The notes beneath the pieces are model-generated. The model did not search any database. It was not told the DNA's origin and saw only the letters and a list, made by a program, of their open reading frames with translations. Position numbers and translations under genes: made by a program. Below are positions 29,055-38,868 of a stretch of 64,000 nt of DNA, piece by piece. The DNA is from Acidobacteriota bacterium (GTDB taxonomy: Bacteria; Acidobacteriota; UBA6911; RPQK01; JADFOI01). The number at the start of each line of letters is the position of its first letter. The stretch's first letter is position 1. Location of the stretch: positions 1,504,001-1,568,000 of the forward strand of contig OY760074.1 in NCBI GenBank assembly GCA_963663035.1. The letters are read 5' to 3'.

Positions 29055-30554
29055 ATGCTGACGTTGTTGGTCAACCTTGCAGTCCTGGTTTTCATCGCGA
29101 TAATGGCTGTATTCATTATCCGCCAGCGTCGCCTGCGGGAATCAGGAAAAAGCGGAATCTCCCCTATTCCCTTCACCGCTCGATTATCTGACTTGTGGCG
29201 CTGGGACGGCACAGTAGATCGTGGAACTTATGCCCTGATCGGCTTGGTGGGGTTTGCCCTCAAACACAATCTGGATCGGTTGGCGACAAGCTGGGTCTTT
29301 GATCGACCTTGGGGATTGTTCAATTACTGGATTCCACCCAGTGAAATTCTCCAGGAGGAGCCGCTCTTTCTCTCCTTCATGCTCATTCTCTCGCTACCCT
29401 TTATCTGGGTCGGCGTGGTACTCACCCTGAGACGGCTGCGGGACGTCAAGCTGCCATCGGCGTTGGTGATCGTCTTTTTCCTACCCCTGGTAAACCTGGC
29501 GTTTTTCCTCCTCTTGAGTGTCCTGCCCTCTCGTCAGGAGGAGGTTTTCCCAGAGAAAACTGGGTCGCTGAAACCCTTTTTCGACAAAGTCATTCCCCGA
29601 GATCCATGGGGAAGCGCGGCCTTCTCCCTTTTGATCATCACTCTGGTGGGGGTTGCAGCTACGGGCCTCGCCGTTCTGATTTTCGGAGAATATGGCTGGA
29701 GCCTATTTGTGGGGCTGCCCTTCTGCCTTGGGCTCGGTTCGGTGCTGATCCATAGCTATCATGCTCACCGAGATTACCTCAGTTGCTTCATCGTGGCCAC
29801 TCTGGCAACTGTGCTCCTTTCCCTGGCCCTGGTTGCCGTGGCTATCGAAGGTGTTTTGTGTGTCCTCATGGCGGCACCGATCGCCTGGGTGCTTGCAATC
29901 TTGGGAGCTTCCATCGGCTATCTGATTCAAAGGCGGCCGTTGAACCAGCTTGATGTACCCCCAGTGATGCTGTCCTTGTTGTTGTTTCTTCCATCGGTGA
30001 TGGCTCTCGAGTCTCTGAGTCCTGGGGACCCGGTGCAGGTCGCCGTCCATACCTCAATCTCCATTCAGGCCTCTCCGGAACAGGTATGGGAGAACCTTAT
30101 CTCTTTTCCCAGACTCGAGGAACCAAAGGAATGGTTGTTTCGTCTGGGTGTCTCCTATCCAATACTGGCCACGATCGAGGGTGAGGGAGTGGGCGCGGTT
30201 CGCCGGTGCCTGTTTTCAACGGGCACTTTCGTTGAGCCCATAGAAGTCTGGGAGGAGTTCCGCCTACTTCGATTCTCGGTATCGGAACAGGCTCCGCCCC
30301 TACAGGAACTCTCCCCTTACGGAGAAATTAGCGCGCCTCATCTGGATGGTTATTTCCACCCCGAAAGAGCCCAGTTCACGCTCACACCGCTCCCCCAGGG
30401 AGGGACGCATTTGGAAGGGATCAGTTGGTATCGAAATGATATTTGGCCTGCCAGCTACTGGCGCTGGTGGTCCGACTGGATGGTCCACAAGATTCATCTG
30501 AGAGTCTTTGAGCACATTAAGCGTCTGGCCGAGGAAGCTCCAACCGGGCTTTAA
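29055..30554 (+). CDS. Membrane protein with DUF805-like N-terminal region and C-terminal SRPBCC/START-like domain
   Basis: GTVDRGTY, LTLRRLRDV (DUF805-like); IQASPEQVW, GVGAVRRCLFSTGTFVEPI, IHLRVFEHIK. Confidence 0.75.
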   Translation: MLTLLVNLAVLVFIAIMAVFIIRQRRLRESGKSGISPIPFTARLSDLWRWDGTVDRGTYALIGLVGFALKHNLDRLATSWVFDRPWGLFNYWIPPSEILQEEPLFLSFMLILSLPFIWVGVVLTLRRLRDVKLPSALVIVFFLPLVNLAFFLLLSVLPSRQEEVFPEKTGSLKPFFDKVIPRDPWGSAAFSLLIITLVGVAATGLAVLIFGEYGWSLFVGLPFCLGLGSVLIHSYHAHRDYLSCFIVATLATVLLSLALVAVAIEGVLCVLMAAPIAWVLAILGASIGYLIQRRPLNQLDVPPVMLSLLLFLPSVMALESLSPGDPVQVAVHTSISIQASPEQVWENLISFPRLEEPKEWLFRLGVSYPILATIEGEGVGAVRRCLFSTGTFVEPIEVWEEFRLLRFSVSEQAPPLQELSPYGEISAPHLDGYFHPERAQFTLTPLPQGGTHLEGISWYRNDIWPASYWRWWSDWMVHKIHLRVFEHIKRLAEEAPTGL

Positions 30555-30568
30555 TCCGCCTTCCAACC

Positions 30569-31159
30569 TCAGTGCAGGTAAAAAAAGCAGATGATGACTG
30601 CAGGAGTGGAGCCGAGCAGTTCAATCTCACCGTCCCGGCCCGTCACCGGCTCGACGGGACTGGGTGGGACACTGGTATCCAAAGCACGGGCCACGTTTCT
30701 GAGCTTGAGCGTTTCATGCCCTGGAGCCTCGTCAGTGATCTTGAAGACTATGAAGGCGGCGACACCGTTGGGAAGGGTCTCACCGGGTTTAGCGGTCACC
30801 GTGACCTGGACGATCGTATTGTCCTCGTTCTCTGCATCCTCCTTTAAGCTCGCCGTTACCTCGGCTTCAGCAAAGGCGCCGGGCCGCACCTCCTCGAACT
30901 GGAGGTACTGGGCTGGGAACGCCACTTCGTTGACCGTGGTTCCCACCTGGATGCCTTCAGGAGCGTTCAGCTGGATGGGCAGCGAAACCGTGAGGCCTGG
31001 CTCTCCCATGTCGAAACCGACGTCGACGGTGGTCTCCCGGTCGCCTCCTTCCTGGGGCATTGCGACGAGCTGTCCAGTCCCACTGGCAACAAGCCACAGA
31101 AAGAGTGAGGCTACACCAGTGCTTCTGCGAAGAAGACACACAAGTCTGAGACTACTCAT
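30569..31159 (-). CDS. Exported cohesin-like domain protein with C-terminal CFFYLH tail
   Basis: Signal peptide; GEPGLTVSLPIQL, VAFPAQYLQF, LPNGVAAFIVFKI cohesin-like beta pattern; ATG 3 nt after the amidohydrolase stop. Confidence 0.7.
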   Translation of the reverse strand: MSSLRLVCLLRRSTGVASLFLWLVASGTGQLVAMPQEGGDRETTVDVGFDMGEPGLTVSLPIQLNAPEGIQVGTTVNEVAFPAQYLQFEEVRPGAFAEAEVTASLKEDAENEDNTIVQVTVTAKPGETLPNGVAAFIVFKITDEAPGHETLKLRNVARALDTSVPPSPVEPVTGRDGEIELLGSTPAVIICFFYLH

Positions 31160-31162
31160 TCC

Positions 31163-32977
31163 TTATTCCTTCAGGCGGTCGTAGACAATCTTTCCACCGA
31201 CAAACGTCAAATCAACATGCAGGTCGCTAATCTTATCTTCAGGGACCGTCATATAATCTCCGTCCAGCACCACCATGTCCGCCAGCTTACCCACCTCAAT
31301 CGACCCCACGAGATCCTCGTCACCCGTGTAGCCCGCGTTCCAGATCGTCGCCATGCGCAGGCCTTCCTCGCGGCTGATCGCCTGCCGTGCTCCCCACACC
31401 CGTCCCTGTTCATCAGTCCGGGTTACGAAGCGCTGAATTGCCACCAGTGCCCCTACCCTGTCTGAGTCAAGAGCCCCTTCCAACTCCAGGCCCGGCTTGA
31501 CATTAAACAAGACAGCGCTTTTGACGGGAGAAAAATTGCGATGCAACTCTTCTCCAAACATATAGATCTGGCCGCGATTACCGGGTCCGAAAACATAGCC
31601 TGAATGAAAGCTGTTGCTCACATCCAGGCGAGCCGCCCTCTGCAGATCTTCGTCCTCGCGAATCATCCCGTGATCGAAACCGAAGTGGCGACCCTGAAGT
31701 GACCGTTCCTGGTTCGCTTCCTCGAAGGCCTCCAGAACCATCTTTGCACCAATATCGCCCTGTGTATGCATCCCCGCGATGCTCCAGCCGTAGTGGTTGG
31801 CCAGTATGATCGTTTCATACTCCGTCCCTGGGCCTTTCCAATCCAGGTCCTGCCTCGAGAGGGCCCACTTGTTTTCGCCGGCCAGATACCGGTCCTCGCC
31901 GAACATATCCCAGGGAACACCGCCCTCCTGGTCCAGCATGCGACGCGGGACGACGGTGCTCATGGAACCGCCTTCATTGGTCTGACCGTCGGGAGCGCTC
32001 ACGGTCATGCCCGGGATTTTGAACCAATCGTCTCCAACACCCGTCAGGTTTCCGACCCGCTTCAGGTAGGCTTCCGCCTGAGGGTTCAGCATAGCGAATT
32101 CGATAATCGGCCGTACCCGGACCGTCAGCTCTCCCCTTCGTCGCAGTTCATTCAGAACCGAGACTCCCAGCCCCGTCGTCCGGCCGCCATTCATGGTGAC
32201 CCCGTGGGTGTTCAGATTTCGGAGCCGCTCTCTCTGCTCCTCGAGCGTAGGATCCTCCCACCAGCGTTCGGGCCACCGTGAAAACTCATGGTCCAATACC
32301 CCGTTCGCCTGGCCGCGGATGTGGCCATTCGCTTCGCCACTTTCAGCATCCTTATAGGCTCCCTCCAGCTCTACCAACCTCTCTTTGACCTGTTCCCAGG
32401 CAGCCGTGTTGAGCAAGCTCGTACAACACGCCGTCGCGATCCAGATCGGGTTGTTCGGCGACACCTTGTCAAAATCCCAGCGGTCCATCTGATTGATCAA
32501 GACGTCGTTGCGAACACCCCCGAATCGGACCCACTCCCCGGGTTGAGCCTTTGCCACCCCCGCCTGAACTTCTTCCAGGCAGCTATCTACGCTTTCACAG
32601 GTCAGGCTGCCGCCGCTGACCAGGCCGGCGCCACGGGGACTCACAAAATGACCATGGCCATGGGTATCGATGAATCCAGGAACCACAGTGCGACCCTGAA
32701 GATCGATCACTTGGGTGGCAGGCCCCCTCAAGTTGAGAACCTCCTGATTCGTTCCCACTTTCAGAAAACGGCTGTCGCGAATGGCCACTGCCTGACGGCT
32801 GGAAAAGGCATCATCGACAGTTAGAATTTTGCCGTTGTGAAGAATCAGCTCCGGATAGCTTACCAACTCCGCCGGGATAGACTGAGCAGTCGCGCCGGCT
32901 GGCGCCAGGAGAACGATCGATGACACTATAATCGACCAGAGAAACACCTGCTGGGCTCTTCCGAATAACACTCTCAT
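31163..32977 (-). CDS. Exported amidohydrolase 3 family (YtcJ-like) protein, paralog 2
   Basis: Signal peptide; NGKILTVD, PGFIDTHGH, GMHTQGD, GFDHG, GSIEVGKLADMVVL. Confidence 0.87.
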   Translation of the reverse strand: MRVLFGRAQQVFLWSIIVSSIVLLAPAGATAQSIPAELVSYPELILHNGKILTVDDAFSSRQAVAIRDSRFLKVGTNQEVLNLRGPATQVIDLQGRTVVPGFIDTHGHGHFVSPRGAGLVSGGSLTCESVDSCLEEVQAGVAKAQPGEWVRFGGVRNDVLINQMDRWDFDKVSPNNPIWIATACCTSLLNTAAWEQVKERLVELEGAYKDAESGEANGHIRGQANGVLDHEFSRWPERWWEDPTLEEQRERLRNLNTHGVTMNGGRTTGLGVSVLNELRRRGELTVRVRPIIEFAMLNPQAEAYLKRVGNLTGVGDDWFKIPGMTVSAPDGQTNEGGSMSTVVPRRMLDQEGGVPWDMFGEDRYLAGENKWALSRQDLDWKGPGTEYETIILANHYGWSIAGMHTQGDIGAKMVLEAFEEANQERSLQGRHFGFDHGMIREDEDLQRAARLDVSNSFHSGYVFGPGNRGQIYMFGEELHRNFSPVKSAVLFNVKPGLELEGALDSDRVGALVAIQRFVTRTDEQGRVWGARQAISREEGLRMATIWNAGYTGDEDLVGSIEVGKLADMVVLDGDYMTVPEDKISDLHVDLTFVGGKIVYDRLKE

Positions 32978-33146
32978 TGGAAATCTCCCTTCTGTTTCGA
33001 GACGGGCATCACAACTCCGCTACCTCGCGGTAGGTAAGTATAGGAAACCTGCATTTGTCAACCAGCCAGAAAGAACTGTCTTTTAAGGCCTTGTCAGGCG
33101 CAATATCTCAAAGAATCTCGCCACAGTCAATCAGAAGGTCTGATTG

Positions 33147-34217
33147 CTAGCGGCCGGCGCCAAAGTTGAAGCGCACACCCGTGGTAATCAAAACATCATT
33201 TTTTTTCACGCCGGGCGTCGGATTACTCAAAAAGCGATCGCTCAAGGTGAGGTGCCAGGCCAGCCAATTGAGAACCTCACTTGTCAGAGAGTTGTCAAAC
33301 TGAAGACGGTATTCTCCAGGGCCGCTGAGGTTTGGATAAAAGACCAGCCGTTCTGATAGAGCGGTCGTCTCAGCAAGTTGGTACCTCAGGTCCTGTCCGA
33401 GCACGATCTCCCCGGATCTTCTCGTCACATCATTTTCGAAGAACTCCTGATTGAAAGAACCTCCCGAGAAGACATCGAGAACTGTGCGCTCAGTATTCTG
33501 AACGTGCCAGCCGAGACCTCCGCCCAAGACGCTTCGAAGATCGAGATTCTGGAACTCATCGAATTCCAAATCAATGAAGCCAAAGGTAAACAGACGGTCG
33601 CTCAAGGTAACGTCATAGCGAGTACCACCCCGGATCGCATTTGCCGTGGTTTCGGAAATACCCGACGTACTGGTCTGTGCGAAAAGGCTCGTGGCGTAGA
33701 CGCTAATTTTGTCTCGCGGTGTGGTCCTTTGAGTCCCCATGGAAGTCGAAAGCGCACTTGTATCCGCGTTACCTCCACTGAAGCTGAAGCCTCCATCGAT
33801 GTGCCCACTCCAGAAATCGAGTAGACCCGGATTGCGTAGGCGCTCGATCTCAGCTTCGAAAGCATCTTGTTCAGCTTGTGACCGCAGGGTTTCAATCACC
33901 GCCTTTTCGACGGGCACAGTTTCGGCTTGTGAAATCCGGACCTGTAAACTACTTCCCCTGGTCGAGACCGTTCCAACGAGCACTTGTCCATTCGCGGCAG
34001 CCACGAAGAGCTCCTGGTCGGATATGATTTCCCCGATGGCATCCCACTGAATCGTCACCTCACCGAGAAACTCGGTCGTCATGGTCATGGTGTGACGATC
34101 GGATTTGACGATGTTGCCCGATAGCCTGTCCCCGTTCTCCAAAGTGACCTGATCCGCCTTTGCATGGATGCAAAACAGGAATGCACAGGCTGTCATCGTG
34201 ATGAAGTGTTTTTGCAT
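33147..34217 (-). CDS. DUF481/YdiY-like outer-membrane beta-barrel protein
   Basis: ADQVTLENGDRLSG N-terminal domain, GFSFSGGNADT, DEFQNLDLR, C-terminal TGVRFNF. Confidence 0.8.
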   Translation of the reverse strand: MQKHFITMTACAFLFCIHAKADQVTLENGDRLSGNIVKSDRHTMTMTTEFLGEVTIQWDAIGEIISDQELFVAAANGQVLVGTVSTRGSSLQVRISQAETVPVEKAVIETLRSQAEQDAFEAEIERLRNPGLLDFWSGHIDGGFSFSGGNADTSALSTSMGTQRTTPRDKISVYATSLFAQTSTSGISETTANAIRGGTRYDVTLSDRLFTFGFIDLEFDEFQNLDLRSVLGGGLGWHVQNTERTVLDVFSGGSFNQEFFENDVTRRSGEIVLGQDLRYQLAETTALSERLVFYPNLSGPGEYRLQFDNSLTSEVLNWLAWHLTLSDRFLSNPTPGVKKNDVLITTGVRFNFGAGR

Positions 34218-34416
34218 GTCTGGCTACTCCTTTTCGGATCCTATGCTAACTTTGAATATCCAGTTGAGTCCATTTTGGCGACTATTTGGACACCAGTTTT
34301 AGAACACTTCACTCAGGTTTTCAAAAGGATGCCGGTCTTTGTGAATCTAAAGTAGCTGTTTAAACAAGACTCGCACTTGCGAGCTCCGGCATGGTAGATT
34401 GTGCCGGGGCCGACAA

Positions 34417-35076
34417 ATGTTCATAGGTCACTTTGCGATTGGTTTTGGTGCAAAGAGGGCAGCTTCATCCGTGTCTCTCGGCACTCTCTTCCTGGCTTGC
34501 CAACTGCTGGACCTTGTGTGGCCCCTCTTGGTGCTACTGGGCATCGAAGTCGTCGAAGTAGCGCCAGGCATCACCGCAGTGACCCCTCTGGACTTCACCT
34601 TCTACCCCTACTCGCACAGTCTCGTCGCCTCAGTGCTCTGGGCCTCTCTGTTCGCAGCGGCATACTGGCTGGTGAGTCGTCCAACGCTCCGAGCTCCAGC
34701 CACCCTGGCTGCCGTCGTATTCAGCCATTGGCTGCTTGACGTCGTGAGCCACCGGCCCGACATGCCCATTACACTGAGCGGTGAGTCGAAGGTCGGTCTC
34801 GGTCTGTGGCACTCTGTACCGGCGACGCTGATCGTCGAGGGTGCTCTCTTCCTCGCGGGTGTCTATTTGTACGTGAGATCCACTCAAGCGCGAAATCGCA
34901 CCGGTAGCTACGCGTTCTGGGCCCTGCTTGCATTCCTCCTTATTGTCTACGCCGCCAATTTTTTCAGCGCACCTCCACCCAGCGGCGAAGCCGTGGCAGG
35001 TGCCGCACTGGCAATGTGGCTGCTTGTCGCTTGGGGTTACTGGGTCGATAGCAACAGACAACCTGTAGCCGATTGA
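34417..35076 (+). CDS. Membrane-bound metal-dependent hydrolase-like protein
   Basis: MFIGHF, QLLDLVWP, YPYSHSL, SHWLLDVVSHRPDMP, GLGLW. Confidence 0.78.
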   Translation: MFIGHFAIGFGAKRAASSVSLGTLFLACQLLDLVWPLLVLLGIEVVEVAPGITAVTPLDFTFYPYSHSLVASVLWASLFAAAYWLVSRPTLRAPATLAAVVFSHWLLDVVSHRPDMPITLSGESKVGLGLWHSVPATLIVEGALFLAGVYLYVRSTQARNRTGSYAFWALLAFLLIVYAANFFSAPPPSGEAVAGAALAMWLLVAWGYWVDSNRQPVAD

Positions 35077-35206
35077 CACACGAGACCGCTGACTTTACGG
35101 ATCAGCCTAAGCCTCAGCTGCATAAAGCTAGTTGCTTCATCTACATGCTCGTCTCCCTGCTCGAAGACCCACGTTTCGGCGTTTGGCAGATAGACCTTAG
35201 GTTAGC

Positions 35207-35282
35207 TGGTAGCCCCAACGGGATTTGAACCCGTGTTACCGCCTTGAGAGGGCGGCGTCCTAGGCCACTAGACGATGGGGCC
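35207..35282 (-). tRNA. tRNA-Glu (anticodon CTC)
   Basis: Reverse complement GGCCCCATCGTCTAGTGGCCTAGGACGCCGCCCTCTCAAGGCGGTAACACGGGTTCAAATCCCGTTGGGGCTACCA: cloverleaf, T-loop GTTCAAATC, encoded CCA, 76 nt. Confidence 0.97.
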
Positions 35283-35350
35283 ATCTTCAGTGAAGGATCT
35301 GTACTTCTAGCAAGAGAGCTCCCTTTTTGTCAATTAGCCAACCGCCCGCA

Positions 35351-35596
35351 TCAGCGGCGGTGGGAGGTGATCTCCTCTAACAGGAAACGCTCGAGTTGGG
35401 CTGAATCAGCCAGGAACTCCTGGAGCTGAGGATAGGGGATGCGGAACTGAACCGGATCGATCCGATGATGCTCGAGTAAGACCCACAGGTGATCTGTTTC
35501 CTCTCTCAGCTCCACCTGAACATCCGAACCGAGATGAAAGAGGCAGAACAGATCAAGCTTCTCTTGAAATTCTGCCTTGAGCTGCTCTTTTCCCAA
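35351..35596 (-). CDS. Small hypothetical protein
   Basis: Protein-like 3' part of ORF 35351-35716 (LGKEQLKAEFQEKLDLFCLFHLG...). TTG start at 35596 assumed so that it does not overlap the upstream gene. Confidence 0.45.
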   Translation of the reverse strand: MGKEQLKAEFQEKLDLFCLFHLGSDVQVELREETDHLWVLLEHHRIDPVQFRIPYPQLQEFLADSAQLERFLLEEITSHRR

Positions 35597-35618
35597 GATT
35601 GATTTGAGTGGTTGAGGG

Positions 35619-35984
35619 CTACTCGAAGTGCTCGATTTTGAGCTGTTCCGCCACAATGTCGGTTTGATCGACCACTGAGGCGGCAGCCACCCCCATGGCA
35701 ATGCTGATCGCTTCACTGATCTCTTCTTTGGTGGCTCCGTACTGAATAGCTTTCTCCAGGTGCCCTTTCAGGCATCCCGAGCAGTTAGAACCCAGGGAGG
35801 CTGCGATGGCGATCAGTTCCTTCGTTTTTCGGTCAATGTTTGAGTGCCTATAAGTCTCCTTGTAGAATTTGAAGTAGATCCTCCTCATACGGGCTTCCAC
35901 CATCGTATAGGAAGGCCACTTCTCCTCTTGGGCGTCCGGACTTTCTTCCGGATCTTCTTCGACTGGTGTTGACCGTTCTGCCAT
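35619..35984 (-). CDS. Carboxymuconolactone decarboxylase / AhpD family protein
   Basis: IDRKTKELIAIAASLGSNCSGCLKGH (CxxC..H), GATKEEISEAI. Confidence 0.85.
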   Translation of the reverse strand: MAERSTPVEEDPEESPDAQEEKWPSYTMVEARMRRIYFKFYKETYRHSNIDRKTKELIAIAASLGSNCSGCLKGHLEKAIQYGATKEEISEAISIAMGVAAASVVDQTDIVAEQLKIEHFE

Positions 35985-36063
35985 GAGTTCAGAAAGATTA
36001 GCATTACTTGATCTTGCTGTCCAGACGGAGTTTGCGATCGTGCCCTTGTGGTATCTTGATCCT

Positions 36064-38328
36064 ATGCGACTGGCTCTCGGCTGCTTCATCTTCACCTGCT
36101 GCCTGCTGGAGGCTTTCCCTCTTCCCCAGGAACGAGCCAGAGCAGAGTTTGATTACGAAGATGGAGAGCTGACTATTGAAGCGGATCGTCTTTCCAGAGA
36201 ATCCGCCACCCGTTGGGTCGCTGAAGGGAATGTCATCATTACCTATAAGGATTCTGTCATACGAGCACCTCGTATCCTTTATGATCCGGTGACCGGGGAA
36301 GTGATTGCCGAAGACAGTATTGAGTTAACCCAAGGTCTGCAGTGGTTAAAAGGGACCCGAGCTGAACTCAATCTCAGAACGAATACAGGAACGATTTTTG
36401 ATGCTGAGGGCTTTACCGACAAGACCCTCTATGTGAAGGCAAAGAGGCTGATTAAAACGGGGCCTGAGAGCTACACCGCTCAAAGCGGAATTTTGACTGC
36501 CTGCGAGGAAGCCATCCCCAAATGGAGCTTCGCTATCCGGGAGGCTCACATTCAACAAGGAGGCAACGCTCGCTTGAACCATACCGTTTTTAAAGTCATG
36601 AACGTTCCCCTTCTCTATCTCCCGGTATGGTGGATACCCACGGGCGACAAAGAACGCTCCAGCGGTTTCATGCTCCCCACCACCGGAAATTCGGACAACA
36701 AAGGGAGACGAGTCAGTCAGTCCTATTACCTGGTGCTGGGTCGCAGTGCTGACCTGATGCTTCATGAGGATTACTTCTCCAAGCGAGGTTTTGGCCACGG
36801 CGTGACCTTCCGAACCCGTCCCAATCCGGTGACCTCACTGACACTGGATTGGTATTGGGTAAAGGACCGTTTGGATCAGGGAGGAACCATGGTCAACGGC
36901 ATCGGAGAAACGCAGCTCCCCCACGGATTTCGCGCAGTGACCAAATTCAACTTTATTTCCAGCTTCCTGTTCCGCCAAATCTTTTCCGACAACTTCGCTA
37001 CTGCCACCCTCTCCAGTGAGACCTCGAAAGCTTTCGTGACCAAGAACACCCAGTCTCAGTCCTTCAATTTCCTGTTTGCTCGTGAGGAAACGAATTTTTC
37101 AGGTCCCAACGTGGTCATCCGCAACACGCCCACCTTGAATTTCAAACTCCTCGGTCACAAACTCCCCAACCTCTCCTTGTATCTGGACCTGGATAGTTCG
37201 GCCGAGGGACGAAGCCGAAGCCGACTCCTGCAAACTCCGGTGGGGGCTCCCAGTGGTGGCTTTTTCGAAACTCCGGGAATCACGCAGCGACTGGACTTTT
37301 TCCCTCGAGTCTATTTTTCAGTCCCTCTCTTTCAAGGCCTGCGGGCCACCCCGGGCCTGGGGTTTCGAGACACGTTGTATAGCGGCAGTCTGAGTCCGTC
37401 GGCAGATCCCGATCAAGATCCTCTCAGCGAAGTGAACATCAACCGCCGCTATCTCGAATTGACGGTGAATCTTGAAGGATGGGGTCTTTCCAAGGTCGCC
37501 AGCAGTTCGTCGGGAGGAGGCTGGAAACATCTGATTGAACCGTCACTACGATATCGCTCTATCATAGGAGTCAAGGACTTCGATCGAATCATTCGCTTTG
37601 ACCAGCACGATGCCATTGCCAACACCAACGAGATCGAGTATGGGCTCTTGAATCGCTTTTTTGTCAAGGGAAGCGACGGACTGGCTCACGAATGGCTCTC
37701 CCTCAAGATCGCACAGAAGTATTTCTTTGACTCGGACTTTGACGGGGCCTTGCAGCCCGATGCCATCAACCAGTTTTTCCCTCTCAACACTCTTACAGGT
37801 TTCCCTTACGCACTGACTCAACGAAACTACTCGCCCGTCACGGCCCTGCTCCGCTTCACTCCGAGGTCGCGATATAACTTCGACGTGAGAGGTGACTATG
37901 ATCCAAAGTTCACCAGCTTCCGAAACTTTTCGGTGACAGGCTCTCTCACAGGCCCGGCCGGACTCTCCCTGGCGACCACCTATTATGTCAAGAAAGAAAC
38001 GCCTGATGAGACACTCATTCTGGAGCAGCTCCAGCTGCCCCCTGGGAGCGCCAGAAGCAACACATGGCAGGGTCAAATGAGCCTTGGGAATCTCCAGCGC
38101 GGCTTTTCCGGTGGCGCCACCCTCAGGTATGATTTCAAGGCAAAGCGCTTTTTGTCCAATGAACCTCATGTCAATTACTTTTGGGACTGTTGTGGTGTGA
38201 CCGTGGCCTTTCGGGGATTCAACATCGGCGTGCGAGAGGAGAAGCAGATTCTCTTCTCCCTGTTTTTCAAAGGGATTGGTGACTTTGGGACCCTCAGACG
38301 ACTGGAGAGTCTGTTTTACCCGAATTGA
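36064..38328 (+). CDS. lptD: LPS-assembly protein LptD
   Basis: OstA-like N-domain (IEADRL, AEGNV), TACEEAIPKW, ERSSGFMLP, HLIEPSLRY, WDCCG. Confidence 0.85.
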   Translation: MRLALGCFIFTCCLLEAFPLPQERARAEFDYEDGELTIEADRLSRESATRWVAEGNVIITYKDSVIRAPRILYDPVTGEVIAEDSIELTQGLQWLKGTRAELNLRTNTGTIFDAEGFTDKTLYVKAKRLIKTGPESYTAQSGILTACEEAIPKWSFAIREAHIQQGGNARLNHTVFKVMNVPLLYLPVWWIPTGDKERSSGFMLPTTGNSDNKGRRVSQSYYLVLGRSADLMLHEDYFSKRGFGHGVTFRTRPNPVTSLTLDWYWVKDRLDQGGTMVNGIGETQLPHGFRAVTKFNFISSFLFRQIFSDNFATATLSSETSKAFVTKNTQSQSFNFLFAREETNFSGPNVVIRNTPTLNFKLLGHKLPNLSLYLDLDSSAEGRSRSRLLQTPVGAPSGGFFETPGITQRLDFFPRVYFSVPLFQGLRATPGLGFRDTLYSGSLSPSADPDQDPLSEVNINRRYLELTVNLEGWGLSKVASSSSGGGWKHLIEPSLRYRSIIGVKDFDRIIRFDQHDAIANTNEIEYGLLNRFFVKGSDGLAHEWLSLKIAQKYFFDSDFDGALQPDAINQFFPLNTLTGFPYALTQRNYSPVTALLRFTPRSRYNFDVRGDYDPKFTSFRNFSVTGSLTGPAGLSLATTYYVKKETPDETLILEQLQLPPGSARSNTWQGQMSLGNLQRGFSGGATLRYDFKAKRFLSNEPHVNYFWDCCGVTVAFRGFNIGVREEKQILFSLFFKGIGDFGTLRRLESLFYPN

Positions 38329-38349
38329 GGGATTAGGGATTTAATAAAA

Positions 38350-38859
38350 ATGAAAGTTTCCTCCATTTACCTCTCACTCGGTTCCAATCTGGGAGATCGC
38401 AAGACCCATCTCAAGAGCGCTCTCGGAAAACTGCGTGAAAAGGAAATCCTGCTCCTTGACGAATCCTCTATCTACGAAACCGAGCCAGTCGAGGTACCGG
38501 AACAACCCGAGTTTTTGAATCTTGTCTGCCGGGTACAGACCGAACTGAAGCCTGAAGCTCTGTTGAGAGCGTGTCAGGAAATTGAATCGGAATTGGGCCG
38601 CGTTCGGCAGGAGAGCAAAGGAGCTCGCAACATTGATATTGACATTCTCTTCTATGGGCAGCAGATTCTGCAGAGGCCCTCGTTAAAGATCCCACATCCC
38701 GCTTGGTGCAAAAGAAATTTCGTTTTGATCCCCCTGGCAGAAATTGCTCCCAATTTCAGGGATCCAGTCACGGCCAAGACCGTAGCCCAGCTTCGACAGG
38801 AGTCGCCCGATGGGGCCAGGGTCACCCAGCAGAAAGACATACTGTCGCCACAGGAGTAG
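38350..38859 (+). CDS. folK: 2-amino-4-hydroxy-6-hydroxymethyldihydropteridine diphosphokinase
   Basis: YLSLGSNLGDR, SSIYETEP, FLNLV, RNIDIDIL, IPHP. Confidence 0.95.
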   Translation: MKVSSIYLSLGSNLGDRKTHLKSALGKLREKEILLLDESSIYETEPVEVPEQPEFLNLVCRVQTELKPEALLRACQEIESELGRVRQESKGARNIDIDILFYGQQILQRPSLKIPHPAWCKRNFVLIPLAEIAPNFRDPVTAKTVAQLRQESPDGARVTQQKDILSPQE

Positions 38860-38868
38860 ACGTTCACC

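Noticed and set aside
17537-35206. Genomic island integrated at the tRNA-Glu 3' end
   Set aside because: Accessory-looking genes lie downstream of the tRNA, but I found no integrase and no duplicated tRNA 3' end in the window.
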